64,000 nucleotides of DNA from an uncultured delta proteobacterium. GTDB lineage: Bacteria; Desulfobacterota; Binatia; Binatales; Binataceae. Positions 20,231 to 30,924 of the stretch are shown here, piece by piece. A program made the translations under genes and the position numbers. The stretch is from assembly GCA_963834535.1 (NCBI GenBank), contig CAWICC010000004.1:1179966-1243965 (forward strand), written 5' to 3'. Numbering within the stretch: position 1 is the first letter of the stretch; each line of letters starts with the position of its first letter. Under the pieces are notes generated by a model, which had not been told where the DNA came from, made no database searches, and saw only the letters and a program-made list of their open reading frames with translations.

Positions 20231-20323
20231 CGGTTGTATCCTCCTCCCTACAACCGGACTGACAGGTTGAAACGGCGGGCATTGGAGACTCCCCCCTCCT
20301 TAAGATGCCCGCCTTTTCTTTTT
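20231..20323 (+). ncRNA. candidate small RNA or 3'-end structure: two stem-loops with C/U-rich loops plus a U-tract
   Basis: Hairpin 1 has an 8-bp stem (20231-20238 / 20249-20256) and loop TCCTCCTCCC. Hairpin 2 has a 9-bp stem (20274-20282 / 20305-20313) with inner GGAG/CTCC pairing and apical loop ACTCCCCC. It is followed by ttttcttttt (20314-20323). The 5' end is unknown. Confidence 0.4.
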
Positions 20324-20499
20324 CCCTCAAATCAATCTCTGGATGCGCGCCGCTGGTTTCACGCGCGGTGCCTCGATTACTGCGGGTTCGCGGGCCAGCC
20401 GTCGATCGGTTTTCCCGATTCGTTATAGTATCGCCTCTCAGGCACGTACCTGGCATCGGCGCGTGCCGACGTTCATGAAGTGACGAAGGAGCCACTCCG

Positions 20500-21270
20500 A
20501 TGGGAATTGCGGACGGCAAGCGCGCCCTGATAGTCGGCGTCGCCAACGATAAAAGCCTGGCCTGGTCAATCGCGCAGGAATTGCACGCGCAGGGCGCGGA
20601 AATCGCGCTCACCTTCCAGGGCGAGATTTTGGAAAAGCGCGTCCGGCCGCTCGCGCAGCAGATTGGCGCCCAGGTCGTGGGCGAACTCAACGTCAGCAGC
20701 GACGATCAAATCGCCGCGATCTTCGCCAAGGTCGATCAAATCTGGGGCGGTCTCGACATGCTCGTGCATGCGGTCGCGTTTGCGGAGCGCGAAGATCTGC
20801 GCGACCGCTTCCTCAATGTAAATCGGGCCAATTTCGCACGAGCCCTGGATATCAGCGCGTACTCGCTGGTGGCGATGGCGCGCGCGGCGGAACCTCTGAT
20901 GGAGTCGCGGGGCGGCGGCGCGATCGTCACGCTCAGCTACCTCGGCGCCGTGCGCGCGCTCCCAAATTACAATGTGATGGGCGTGGCGAAGGCGGCCCTG
21001 GAAGCCTGCGTCCGCTATCTTGCGCTTGACCTGGGCTCGAAGAACATCCGCGTCAACGCTCTCAGCGCGGCGCCCGCGCGAACCCTGGCGTCATCGGCTA
21101 TTCGCGACTACCATTCAATGTCCCACGAGGTTGAAGAGCGTTCGCCGCTGAAGCGCGCGATGAAACCCGAGGAGGTTGGCAAGATGGCCTCCGTGCTGTT
21201 GAGCGATATGTCTAGCGGCGTTACCGGCCAGACGGTTTATGTTGACGTCGGCTACAACATCATGGGCTGA
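20500..21270 (+). CDS. fabI: enoyl-[acyl-carrier-protein] reductase (NADH)
   Basis: 256 aa. GKRALIVGVANDKSLAWSIAQ and the YNVMGVAKAALE catalytic Tyr/Lys region. Confidence 0.92.
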   Translation: MGIADGKRALIVGVANDKSLAWSIAQELHAQGAEIALTFQGEILEKRVRPLAQQIGAQVVGELNVSSDDQIAAIFAKVDQIWGGLDMLVHAVAFAEREDLRDRFLNVNRANFARALDISAYSLVAMARAAEPLMESRGGGAIVTLSYLGAVRALPNYNVMGVAKAALEACVRYLALDLGSKNIRVNALSAAPARTLASSAIRDYHSMSHEVEERSPLKRAMKPEEVGKMASVLLSDMSSGVTGQTVYVDVGYNIMG

Positions 21271-21493
21271 TGCCCGCTCACGATGCGGTGACACCACGCG
21301 CAGCAAGGACTGTTGGTTTGCGTGGTAGCGCAGAGGCTTCGCCTGGGGCGACGCGTCAGCTCTGGTAGAAGGCGAGTCTGAAAGCTTGGTAAGGTTTCCG
21401 TATCTTGAAAGACGCACGAGTTTTGTGCTCTTCAACCATTGTTCCTGGAACACAAAAACTCTGAGCGGGCGGCCGCTCGCACAGGAGGCTCCG

Positions 21494-22270
21494 ATGGCGA
21501 TAATTGCGGTGCCACAACTATCCGATAACTATGCCTATCTCGTCGTCGACGACGCCTCCAAAGAGTGCGGCGTGGTCGATTGCTCAGAAGCCGAGAAGGT
21601 CCTGGCTGAAGTCAAACGCCAGGGCCTCAAACTGGTCGCCGTGATGCCGACGCATTGGCATTTCGACCACGTCGGCGGCAACGAGGACCTCGCGCGGGCC
21701 ATCCCGGGTCTTCGCGTGTACGGCGCTCGCGCCGAGGGTGGCCGCATCCCGGCGCAGACCGACGAGATTGACGACGGCGGCACCGTCACAGTGGGTGCGC
21801 TGAAGGGACGAGTGATCGGAATTCCCGCCCATACCAGCGGGCACGTTGCGTACTATTTTTCGCAGCTCGACGCGGTCTTTACCGGCGACACGCTGTTTAT
21901 CGCCGGATGCGGTCGCGTCTTTGAGGGCAAGGCGAACAACATGGTTGAATCGCTGAGCAGGCTTGCCGCCCTCCCCGACTCGACCAGGGTCTACTGCGGG
22001 CACGAGTACACCGCTAAGAACCTCCAATTCGCCTTGACCCTCGAGCCCCACAACGCCGCCCTTAAGGCCAAGCACGACTGGGCGGTAAAGACTCGCGCCG
22101 CCGGCCACTTCACTGTCCCCTCGACGATTGGCGAGGAGAAGCAGATCAATCCGTTCCTGCGCACCGACAGCGCCGAGTTGCGCGCGAACCTCAAGAAGAT
22201 CGACCCGTCAATCGGCAATGACCCGGTCGAAATCTTTGCCAAAACGCGCGCCCTGAAAGACAAGTTCTAA
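21494..22270 (+). CDS. gloB: hydroxyacylglutathione hydrolase (glyoxalase II)
   Basis: Start at MAIIAVPQLSDNYAYLVVD, with aggagg 8 nt upstream. THWHFDHVGGN metal motif. C-terminus is INPFLR. Confidence 0.88.
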   Translation: MAIIAVPQLSDNYAYLVVDDASKECGVVDCSEAEKVLAEVKRQGLKLVAVMPTHWHFDHVGGNEDLARAIPGLRVYGARAEGGRIPAQTDEIDDGGTVTVGALKGRVIGIPAHTSGHVAYYFSQLDAVFTGDTLFIAGCGRVFEGKANNMVESLSRLAALPDSTRVYCGHEYTAKNLQFALTLEPHNAALKAKHDWAVKTRAAGHFTVPSTIGEEKQINPFLRTDSAELRANLKKIDPSIGNDPVEIFAKTRALKDKF

Positions 22271-22313
22271 ACGCGGGACGCGCTTCACCCCGCATCGGGG
22301 ACCCGTTCCCCGG

Positions 22314-23276
22314 CTATCCCTTGAGGTCGGCGAGGAACTCGAGCATGGCCGCGTTTACCTCCGCCGGCTTCTCCTGCTGCGTCCAATGGCCAGAGCCTTT
22401 GACCAGTACGGTCTTGCGCAGATTCGGCACGAACGCCTCCATTCCCTTGCATAGCTCCGGGCGCAAGACTGGATCGAGTTCGGCCGTGATCATCAGGGCT
22501 GGCTGATTAACCTGCTGTTCCAGTCCGGCGGCCTCTTCCCAACTGCGGTCGATACAGCGATACCAGTTCAAGCCGCCGCGAAAGCCGGTTTTCTCGAAGG
22601 CGTTCACGAAGACTTCGAAGTCCGCATCGGGAAGGAATTTTCCCTGCGGACGATCCGGCAGGCGATCGAGGATGCCCCCGCCTGCGGGTCCCCACACGCC
22701 CGGAGGCGCGCTATTGTCGGTGACGGCTACCAAATCACTCGCCCCTTGATAAAAGCCGCGCAGCGAACGGCGAACGTCGCTCTCCAATTCCGCCTCCGCC
22801 ACTCCCGGCTCCTGAAAGTAGAGGATGTAATGGAAATTGCCTTGCGCAATCACCCGCATCAAATCGGTCGGTTTCATCGGGGCACGCGGGAAGAAGGGCG
22901 TATTTACTCCGATCACACGAGAGAAGCGTTCCGGTGCCATCATCGCGGCGTTCCAGGCGACCGCACCGCCCCAGTCGTGGCCGACGACAACGGCTTGATC
23001 GACGCCGAGCGCATCGAGCATCCCGGTGAGATCGCCGACCAGATTGCGCTGCGTATAGGCTTCGATCGGCTGAGGGCAGGTGGTCTCGCCATAGCCGCGC
23101 TGATCGGGCGCGATAGCGCGAAAGCCAGCTTCGGCCAGCGCTCGCATCTGATGACGCCAGGAGTACCACAGTTCGGGAAAGCCGTGGCACAGTACCACCG
23201 GGTAGCCCGATCCCGCCTCGGCCACATGCATCCGGATGCCGTTGCTATCGGCGAGCTTGTGCGTGAATTCAGCCAT
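22314..23276 (-). CDS. alpha/beta hydrolase, epoxide-hydrolase-like
   Basis: Start at MAEFTHKLADSNGIRMHVAEAG (rc of cat at 23274-23276). HGFPELWYSWRHQ motif, nucleophile elbow VVGHDWGG, and C-terminal GSGHWTQQEKP. Confidence 0.85.
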   Translation of the reverse strand: MAEFTHKLADSNGIRMHVAEAGSGYPVVLCHGFPELWYSWRHQMRALAEAGFRAIAPDQRGYGETTCPQPIEAYTQRNLVGDLTGMLDALGVDQAVVVGHDWGGAVAWNAAMMAPERFSRVIGVNTPFFPRAPMKPTDLMRVIAQGNFHYILYFQEPGVAEAELESDVRRSLRGFYQGASDLVAVTDNSAPPGVWGPAGGGILDRLPDRPQGKFLPDADFEVFVNAFEKTGFRGGLNWYRCIDRSWEEAAGLEQQVNQPALMITAELDPVLRPELCKGMEAFVPNLRKTVLVKGSGHWTQQEKPAEVNAAMLEFLADLKG

Positions 23277-23403
23277 GATCGATTCCCTCGACTCGCTTAA
23301 ACATGGTTTCGGTTTCCGCGGGCCGCGCAGCCTCACCCGCTCTCGATTCGCGGCGCTCACCGCCAGGCGGTCGCCGCCGGGACGGACGTTCTGGCGCGGC
23401 GCG

Positions 23404-24174
23404 TTAGGTGTTCGATCGGCCTTGCGCGCCGTCGACCGGAATCGTTGCACCGGTGATCCAGCTCGCGCGCGGCGACGCCAGCATCACCACCGCATACGCA
23501 ACCTCCTCCGGCAGCCCGAGCCGTCCCGCGGGAAACTCGTGCGCGATGAAATCCTTTTCGAATTCCGGATTCTGCTTGAACAGGCCCTCCCAAGTGCCGC
23601 CTGGGTAGATGATCGACCCGGGTGCGATCGAGTTAACGCGGACAGCCTTCTTCGCGAGTTCGCGCGCCAGTCCCTTGGTGAACGAGATCATCGCGGCCTT
23701 CGAGGCGTTGTAGCTGATCGGTCCGCCCGCCTCGCGTCCGTATATCGAGCTGATGTTGATGATGGAGCCGCCACCGCGCTTTTCCATCGTATCGGCGCAC
23801 AACCGCGAAAGGCGCACGGCCGAAAAGAAGTTCAGCTCGAATGCGGCGAGCCAGCCAGCATCGTCGAGTTGCTTGGTCGTGCCCACCCGCGCGCCGCCGG
23901 CATTGTTGACCAGGACATCGATCCCGCCGTGAACCTTGACGGTGTTGGCGGTCCAGCGTTCCATCGCGGCCGCGTCATTGATATCAGCGGCCTCGGCGAT
24001 CACCTGATGGCCGGCGTTCTTGAGTTCGGCGACGGTACTGTTCAACGCCTCGGCGCCACGCGCGCACAGGCTCAGCCGCACACCCTCGGCACCGAGTGCT
24101 GCCGCCATCGCTCGTCCCAGTCCGCGGCTCGCGCCGGTGATCATCGCAACCTTGCCGTTCAATCCCAGATCCAT
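23404..24174 (-). CDS. SDR-family oxidoreductase
   Basis: 256 aa. NGKVAMITGASRGLG (TGxxxGxG), NNAG, and YNASKAA (YxxxK). Confidence 0.9.
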   Translation of the reverse strand: MDLGLNGKVAMITGASRGLGRAMAAALGAEGVRLSLCARGAEALNSTVAELKNAGHQVIAEAADINDAAAMERWTANTVKVHGGIDVLVNNAGGARVGTTKQLDDAGWLAAFELNFFSAVRLSRLCADTMEKRGGGSIINISSIYGREAGGPISYNASKAAMISFTKGLARELAKKAVRVNSIAPGSIIYPGGTWEGLFKQNPEFEKDFIAHEFPAGRLGLPEEVAYAVVMLASPRASWITGATIPVDGAQGRSNT

Positions 24175-24309
24175 CGTAAGCTCCCTGCGTGCCTTGGGCG
24201 TACCTTGATCCTCATTCGATGCGATCGGTTACATACCTCGCCTCGAAGAATTCTACCAACCGTGCGAATCAAGATACCACTCAAGCACCAGGATCCCCGC
24301 TTCCGGCGG

Positions 24310-24338
24310 TTGACAGTGAGTAGAGGCGCCCTTATTCT
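24310..24338 (+). promoter_or_regulatory. sigma-70-type promoter candidate for rpsU
   Basis: TTGACA (24310-24315), a 17-nt spacer, then TATTCT (24333-24338). It lies ~33 nt upstream of the rpsU ATG. Confidence 0.5.
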
Positions 24339-24370
24339 CATCTGTCTAATCCGGGCGAAAGCGGAGGACT

Positions 24371-24568
24371 ATGGAAATCAGGGTCGAAGGTTCCCTCAAT
24401 CAGGCGATGCGTGTGCTCAAACGCAAGCTCGCCAAGGAGGGAGTGTTCAAGGAAATGAAGAAGCGGGCTTTTTACGAGAAGCCCAGTGTGCGCCGCAAGC
24501 GCAAACGGTCCGAGGCGCAGCGACGGCGGCGCAAGGAACAACGGCGGCGGCGCGCGTCTGCAATCTGA
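24371..24568 (+). CDS. rpsU: 30S ribosomal protein S21
   Basis: 65 aa. MEIRVEGSLNQAMRVLKRKLAKEGVFKEMKKRAFYEKPSVRRKRK with a basic tail. Confidence 0.93.
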   Translation: MEIRVEGSLNQAMRVLKRKLAKEGVFKEMKKRAFYEKPSVRRKRKRSEAQRRRRKEQRRRRASAI

Positions 24569-24788
24569 ACTCCACCTCGTACGCTTATCGGCAAGCGCTC
24601 GATTCCCCAGCCCGTCGCGCCACCCACCGAACTGATTCCCTCCATCGAGGCCTTAGGTCCGCGTGGGGTAATCAGCAGGAGCCGAGCATCGCTCGATAGT
24701 CGCCTTAGTCATTGCGCCCGGCACGGGATACGTCCCCGCGCCAGTTGCGGTTCGCCGCGCCGCTGCGGGAGCAGCGGCGGGAATAGAG

Positions 24789-25547
24789 TCAGCGTTCCGC
24801 TGGTCCGGCGGCCTGCGGGCAAAAAGAATGAAGCGGCCGCCAGGAAAACATCACGCGGCGGTTCGTCACATAGCAGTCCAAATCGAAATGCGAGAGGCCG
24901 AAGGCTGCCCGCATCGCGCGAAACTCTTCAATTTGTCGCTGCAGGCGATCGGGAACTGCTGAGGACGATGCCGGGCACGCCAGCAGCAGATCTACCGTGA
25001 GGCATCGCGGCCCCAGATGGGCCTCACATGCGAGCGTTCCGAACTCCAGGCGAGCGCATTCAAGGCACAGACGCGCTGCGGGGCTCGCATTAGCTCCCTC
25101 GCGCTCCATTTCATCGAGAGTCACGGCACATTGCGCCCAGGCTTCGCGAGCACGGCTGGTCGAATAGCGGCGAATAGCGCGCGCGACCCGGCTGAGAGTG
25201 GCCTCGTCAGCGTTGGCAGCCATGTCCAGGATTGAGGCGTTGTCGGAGTCGAGCGAAGGGGCGAACTGTTGAGCCAGGAAGTGTCGGAGATCGATGGGGA
25301 GTTTACATTCCACATGCAGACACGAAGATTCGATTATGGGTGTCTGTAACGGGAGGCTCCCGAAGGTTGGTAGTTGCGAAATTCGCGGGAGCACCGCCCG
25401 CCGCGGCGTCGCAGGCGCTCCGGGGACAACTCGTGAGGCGTTGGCGCCTCTACGCACCAAAGGTCCGGTCCGCAAGGTGACAACCTCCTCCGGCTTTTCG
25501 CGTAGCGGACAGAGCGATCTGCGCAGCCCGCAATTCTCCATGTGCAA
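24789..25547 (-). CDS. orphan hypothetical protein (Cys-containing; true start uncertain)
   Basis: This 252-aa ORF is the only long ORF in a low-coding segment. Only the C-terminal ~150 aa looks protein-like (helical, e.g. LSRVARAIRRYSTSRAREAWAQCAVTLDEMERE). No family recognised. Confidence 0.4.
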   Translation of the reverse strand: MHMENCGLRRSLCPLREKPEEVVTLRTGPLVRRGANASRVVPGAPATPRRAVLPRISQLPTFGSLPLQTPIIESSCLHVECKLPIDLRHFLAQQFAPSLDSDNASILDMAANADEATLSRVARAIRRYSTSRAREAWAQCAVTLDEMEREGANASPAARLCLECARLEFGTLACEAHLGPRCLTVDLLLACPASSSAVPDRLQRQIEEFRAMRAAFGLSHFDLDCYVTNRRVMFSWRPLHSFCPQAAGPAER

Positions 25548-26287
25548 GGGAAAGTCCGACTAATATCATTTACTTCGTGAACCTGGCGTCGATACGATCA
25601 GTGAAACTATCGACTCGATCGCGGTCCGTTGCGCTAGCTTCGCAACGCGATCGAAGCGCTGCGGCTGTTGCACCGCCCGGCTGGGATTGGAGAAAATGGT
25701 CCGTTCCAACCCGAAACATGCGTGAACCTACTCTGCACGCATCAGCCGGCTCAGCATCAGCGATTCCCGTCAAATCCGCCCGCCCATTTCCCCGCACGAC
25801 GATCCCAAGCAATGGCTGGATGGCAAGGCGCACATTCCCGACTTTCCGTCCTATGACGACGTTCAATCAACCAGGTCCGTGCGACGTTCCCGAAGCCCTA
25901 AAACACACAAATCACGACAACCCTTCATCTGTTTAGCGCGCGCAATAGGCTTGGGCAACGCACCTCACTGTTCACTCGCAGCGCTCGGCGACTTGACTTG
26001 GTGTTGCGCTCGTGCACCTCGCCGAATTGTCGCGCATGTGACCAAACCGACGATTATGAGGCTTGCTAATGGATTCTCATCTACGCGCTACTGCTCGATA
26101 GTCTCATAATCCGCCTCTGCAGTGTTGCGTAATGCAAGCCAGCATGGGGATTTTGCATTTCTGAAGATCCAGTTATGGCGAATCGCCTTGAATGCAAACT
26201 CTGAGAATCCACCGTTTTGAAAAGTGCAGATAGATTAACAGATCAAATTTTATCCACAGGCTGTTTATGGTGCGGAGTGCTTTTGGA

Positions 26288-26307
26288 GCCAAAAAAATAT
26301 TTTTGGC
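26288..26307. terminator. A/T-rich hairpin GCCAAAAA-aata-TTTTTGGC downstream of asnS (possible bidirectional terminator)
   Basis: 8-bp perfect stem read directly, 44 nt past the asnS stop codon. Confidence 0.3.
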
Positions 26308-26350
26308 GCCACGCTGTTTAAGCAGTCGTCGCGAGCCGTAAAAGCTTCCT

Positions 26351-27650
<1,300 letters not shown>

Positions 27651-27733
27651 GCAATCGAGTTTAGGCCCTTGTGGCGGGATTATCGAGCGTCGGCGTCGCG
27701 CAGTGTAGGATGCTCGATGTGACGATCGCTGAC

Positions 27734-28297
27734 ATGAACGGCCTCGATTACGTGATCCTTGCGATTATCGGATTGGGCGCGCTCAGTGGGCTGACGCGAG
27801 GAGCGCTGCGGATGGCGACCTCCATTCTGGCTCTCGTCTTAGGGATTTACGCCGCGTCGGTTTACTACGCCCAGGCGGCTGCGATCGCGCATCAATACCT
27901 TACGACGAATCCCACGATCAGCGACGTGATCGGTTATGCAGCGATTTTCCTGGTGGTCTATATAGCCATCGAATACGCCGGCAGCCGCATCATTCGCCTG
28001 ATGCAAATAATCCATCTCAATTGGATCGACCGGATTGCCGGCGCAATCCTGGGAGCGACCATCGGTGCGGTGCTCGCAGGACTGATCGTGGTCGCGATGA
28101 CGGCGGTGTTGCCGCCCGACCCGCCACTCCTGCGCGACTCGAAACTCGCGCCGCGGGTCCTTGGCTACGACCAGGCTTTGATGGCCTATGTGCCGGCGCA
28201 GGTGAAGACTACTTACGAAGAAAAGCGCGACGAGCTCTACCACCAATGGGTGGCCAAAGACCAAGGCCCCGATCCTTCACCGTCACCGGCAAAGTAA
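27734..28297 (+). CDS. cvpA: CvpA-family membrane protein
   Basis: [27 protein letters not shown].. with four hydrophobic segments, typical of colicin V production protein family topology. The start could alternatively be 27710. Confidence 0.75.
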   Translation: MNGLDYVILAIIGLGALSGLTRGALRMATSILALVLGIYAASVYYAQAAAIAHQYLTTNPTISDVIGYAAIFLVVYIAIEYAGSRIIRLMQIIHLNWIDRIAGAILGATIGAVLAGLIVVAMTAVLPPDPPLLRDSKLAPRVLGYDQALMAYVPAQVKTTYEEKRDELYHQWVAKDQGPDPSPSPAK

Positions 28298-28342
28298 TCG
28301 GGGCCTTAGCCAATCCCGTAATTGATGAGTTGGCGCGCGGTC

Positions 28343-28675
28343 TTAGGCGATCGCGCTGTCCACCGCAGCGACCAGATTCTTTTTCGGCACCGCGCCAACA
28401 ATCTGCTGTTTGACCTCGCCACCCTTGACGATTACCAGGTTGGGGATACCGCGCACGCCAAAACGCGCGGGCACCTGCGGATTGTCGTCAACGTTAATCT
28501 TCACGACCTTGAGGCGCCCTTCATATTCGGCCGCCAGTTCGTCCACCATCGGGGCGATCGCGCGGCACGGCGCGCACCAAGGAGCCCAGAAATCGATCAG
28601 AACAGGCGTCGCCGACTTCAAAACTTCCGCTTCGAAGCTGGCGTCCGTTACATGCAAAACTTTTTCGCTGGCCAT
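28343..28675 (-). CDS. trxA: thioredoxin
   Basis: 110 aa. [14 protein letters not shown] active site (WCxPC). Confidence 0.95.
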   Translation of the reverse strand: MASEKVLHVTDASFEAEVLKSATPVLIDFWAPWCAPCRAIAPMVDELAAEYEGRLKVVKINVDDNPQVPARFGVRGIPNLVIVKGGEVKQQIVGAVPKKNLVAAVDSAIA

Positions 28676-28804
28676 CGGAACCTCTCTTCTCTCGCGGCTG
28701 CGTGCAACTTCAACTTAAGGACGCCGGCCAAAACAGTCAAGGCAGTCGCGTCGCGCCCGATGCCGAGCGCCAAGCTCTAAGCGGAGCTCTGCATCTGCCG
28801 GCCT

Positions 28805-29275
28805 TCAAACGATGAAGGTCAGGTTATCGATCGGGTCGTCGTTGTTCAGCAGCAGCACCTTCTTGAGCGCGATCCTGAAGCCGTCGTCGTCGGCGCGCAG
28901 CGTATAGATCGCTCGGCCCGCAAAGAGGTCCTGCTTCGAGCGGCGGATCTCCGCGAGGAGAAAATTCGCTTCGACCGCATAACCGCCTTCGATCGCCCGG
29001 AACTCCACATTCGAGAGCAGCCGGCGTGTCCGCGAACGCGGTTGTTGGGCCCACGCGGCCGTGCTCGTGAGGCGCAGCACACGCTCTTCGAGCCGATCGC
29101 GGCTGTCGTAAATGATCATCGCCTGACGAGCCGGGTCGGCGTCGTCCGAATTACAGGGTATCCAGTAGAGGGCATCTTCAGTCCAGAGCGAGAGCCACTC
29201 CGTGTACCGATGCTCGTCGATTAGACGCGCCTCGTAATAGAGAAACGACTCGATGCGTTCGCGCAGACTCTCCAT
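28805..29275 (-). CDS. aromatic-ring-hydroxylating dioxygenase beta (small) subunit
   Basis: 156 aa. IESFLYYEARLIDEHRYTEWLSLWTEDALYWIP is typical of the NTF2/SnoaL-fold beta subunit. It lies directly downstream of the alpha subunit. Confidence 0.85.
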   Translation of the reverse strand: MESLRERIESFLYYEARLIDEHRYTEWLSLWTEDALYWIPCNSDDADPARQAMIIYDSRDRLEERVLRLTSTAAWAQQPRSRTRRLLSNVEFRAIEGGYAVEANFLLAEIRRSKQDLFAGRAIYTLRADDDGFRIALKKVLLLNNDDPIDNLTFIV

Positions 29276-29290
29276 GCCGATTATCCCCGC

Positions 29291-30598
29291 CTAATCGACA
29301 GCCGCCAGGCGCGCGTTCTCGAGCCGCTCAGTCTCGTCTTCGCGACCGGTCATGACGCGCTTCCATTCTCTGAAGATGCCGCGCTGCGTGACCTCATCGG
29401 TGACATGGCCGACGCGAGTGCCGTCCGCCTCGCGGCGCTCACGATTCATTCCGCGCGAAAGAATCAACCAAGGGTCGAGATCGTTCTTGAGGCCCATCTG
29501 GAGGCGTTCAAACATCTCGAGGTCGTCAGGTGCGCCAAAGCCGGCTGGACCGAAAAAGGTCTCATGGCCGCGCAGGCGCCATTGGTTCAACTCCGGCGCG
29601 ACGCCCTTGAGCAGGGTTGGATATAGATAGACTTCGGTTTCGTCGGGACTGATTGGACGGACCACGCGCAGTTGCACGCCGATCATGACCAGGTTGGGGA
29701 AGACCAGCAGATGGGTGCCGCCGCTGCTGATGATTTCCGCGGCGCGTTCGGCGCCATAGCGGGCAACCATGCTCTCCTTGTACTCCTTAGCGCCGGGGGC
29801 GACGCTCAGGATGGGCGCCTTCCGATTACATTCGCGGTAATCGAGCATCACGTGCCCGTGGCCGAAATCGCGCGTGACCGCGATCGAGCGCCCGCCGAAG
29901 TGCGCCGTCGGATTTTGCATTCCCTTGCGCTTCAACATCCCGAAGAAGGTCTTATGCACGAAATTCGGATGGTAGCCGTCCATCGAATTTTCGATCTGCA
30001 GTTTCCAGTTGCCGCGATAGCTGTACTTATGAATTCCGCCGCGAGCATCGATCTCGCCTGCTGGCGAAAGGTCCACGAAGAGATCGATTTGCTCAGCCGC
30101 CTTCCCGAGGTAATCCTGCAGACTCATCCCGACCGGCGCGATACTGCCGAACACGAAACCGCGATAAATCTCCATCCGCGGCAACGGGATCAGCCCGTAG
30201 TCCTCTTTGCGGAACGATCGGTCGTAAGCGTCGGGATAACTGACGGAGGCGAGATCGCCGTTATTGCGATACATCCAGCCGTGATAATCGCAGCGAAAGA
30301 AGCGCGCGTTGCCCCGCTCGATCTGGCAGACGGTGGCGGCGCGATGACGGCAGCGGTTCGACAGCAATTTCACGGCGCCGTCGTCGCCGCGCACCATGAT
30401 GATCGGATAGCGGCCGACCCACGCGAGCCGGTAATCACCCGGGTTTGGAACCTCGCTTGCGTGGCCCACAAAGACCCAGCCGCGATGAAAGATTCGCTCC
30501 ATTTCCTCTTCGAAGACGCGAGCATCCGTATAGACCCGTGAGTGGACACGGTCTTCCCGTACGAGGGCGTCGTAGTTCACAGCGTCATCCGTCGCCAT
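29291..30598 (-). CDS. Rieske [2Fe-2S] aromatic-ring-hydroxylating oxygenase alpha subunit
   Basis: Start at MATDDAVNYDALV (rc of cat at 30596-30598). Rieske motif CRHRAATVC..(17)..CDYHGWMY. Catalytic-domain residues NSMDGYHPNFVH. Confidence 0.9.
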   Translation of the reverse strand: MATDDAVNYDALVREDRVHSRVYTDARVFEEEMERIFHRGWVFVGHASEVPNPGDYRLAWVGRYPIIMVRGDDGAVKLLSNRCRHRAATVCQIERGNARFFRCDYHGWMYRNNGDLASVSYPDAYDRSFRKEDYGLIPLPRMEIYRGFVFGSIAPVGMSLQDYLGKAAEQIDLFVDLSPAGEIDARGGIHKYSYRGNWKLQIENSMDGYHPNFVHKTFFGMLKRKGMQNPTAHFGGRSIAVTRDFGHGHVMLDYRECNRKAPILSVAPGAKEYKESMVARYGAERAAEIISSGGTHLLVFPNLVMIGVQLRVVRPISPDETEVYLYPTLLKGVAPELNQWRLRGHETFFGPAGFGAPDDLEMFERLQMGLKNDLDPWLILSRGMNRERREADGTRVGHVTDEVTQRGIFREWKRVMTGREDETERLENARLAAVD

Positions 30599-30924
30599 AA
30601 CCAAAACCCTCCTCAAGAGGAATCGAGGCGAACCGGACAGTAGCACGTAACCGGCGAATGGGGAGAGCGCCTTGCAACGTCACCGCGAGCCCCGCGTTCG
30701 GAGCGTTTCCTTGACAGCGGCGGTAATCGCGTGGTCTATCACGGTCAGTAAGAATGCGAGCAGTTGCCCATTATCGGGTCGCCGGTTGCCAAGGCTGCTG
30801 ATAGTCGCTCGGCGCGGCGTTTGATCGATACGATCGCGATAAGAGGACGCGGGCGCAGGCCTTGAGCTTGCGAGCCGACGGCTCGACGCAACATTTCAAA
30901 GACGCATAGCGAAGGAGTTCCGCG

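Noticed and set aside
20166-20690. 174-aa minus-strand ORF spanning the fabI 5' end and the upstream spacer.
   Set aside because: It overlaps the well-supported fabI start on the opposite strand and crosses the hairpin/terminator structures. Its sequence is not protein-like.
25541-25560. AGGGAAAGTCCGAC, resembling the RNase P RNA GAGGAAAGUCCGGGC box.
   Set aside because: None of the other universally conserved RNase P segments (GGUAAGAGCGCACC-type, ACAGAACCCGGCUUA-type) occur nearby on either strand.
26250-26258. Perfect DnaA box TTATCCACA in an AT-rich spacer, considered as an alternative oriC.
   Set aside because: No other 9-mer within 25900-26350 comes within two mismatches of the consensus by my scan, and a single box is not an origin. 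It is kept only as part of the orphan-segment finding.
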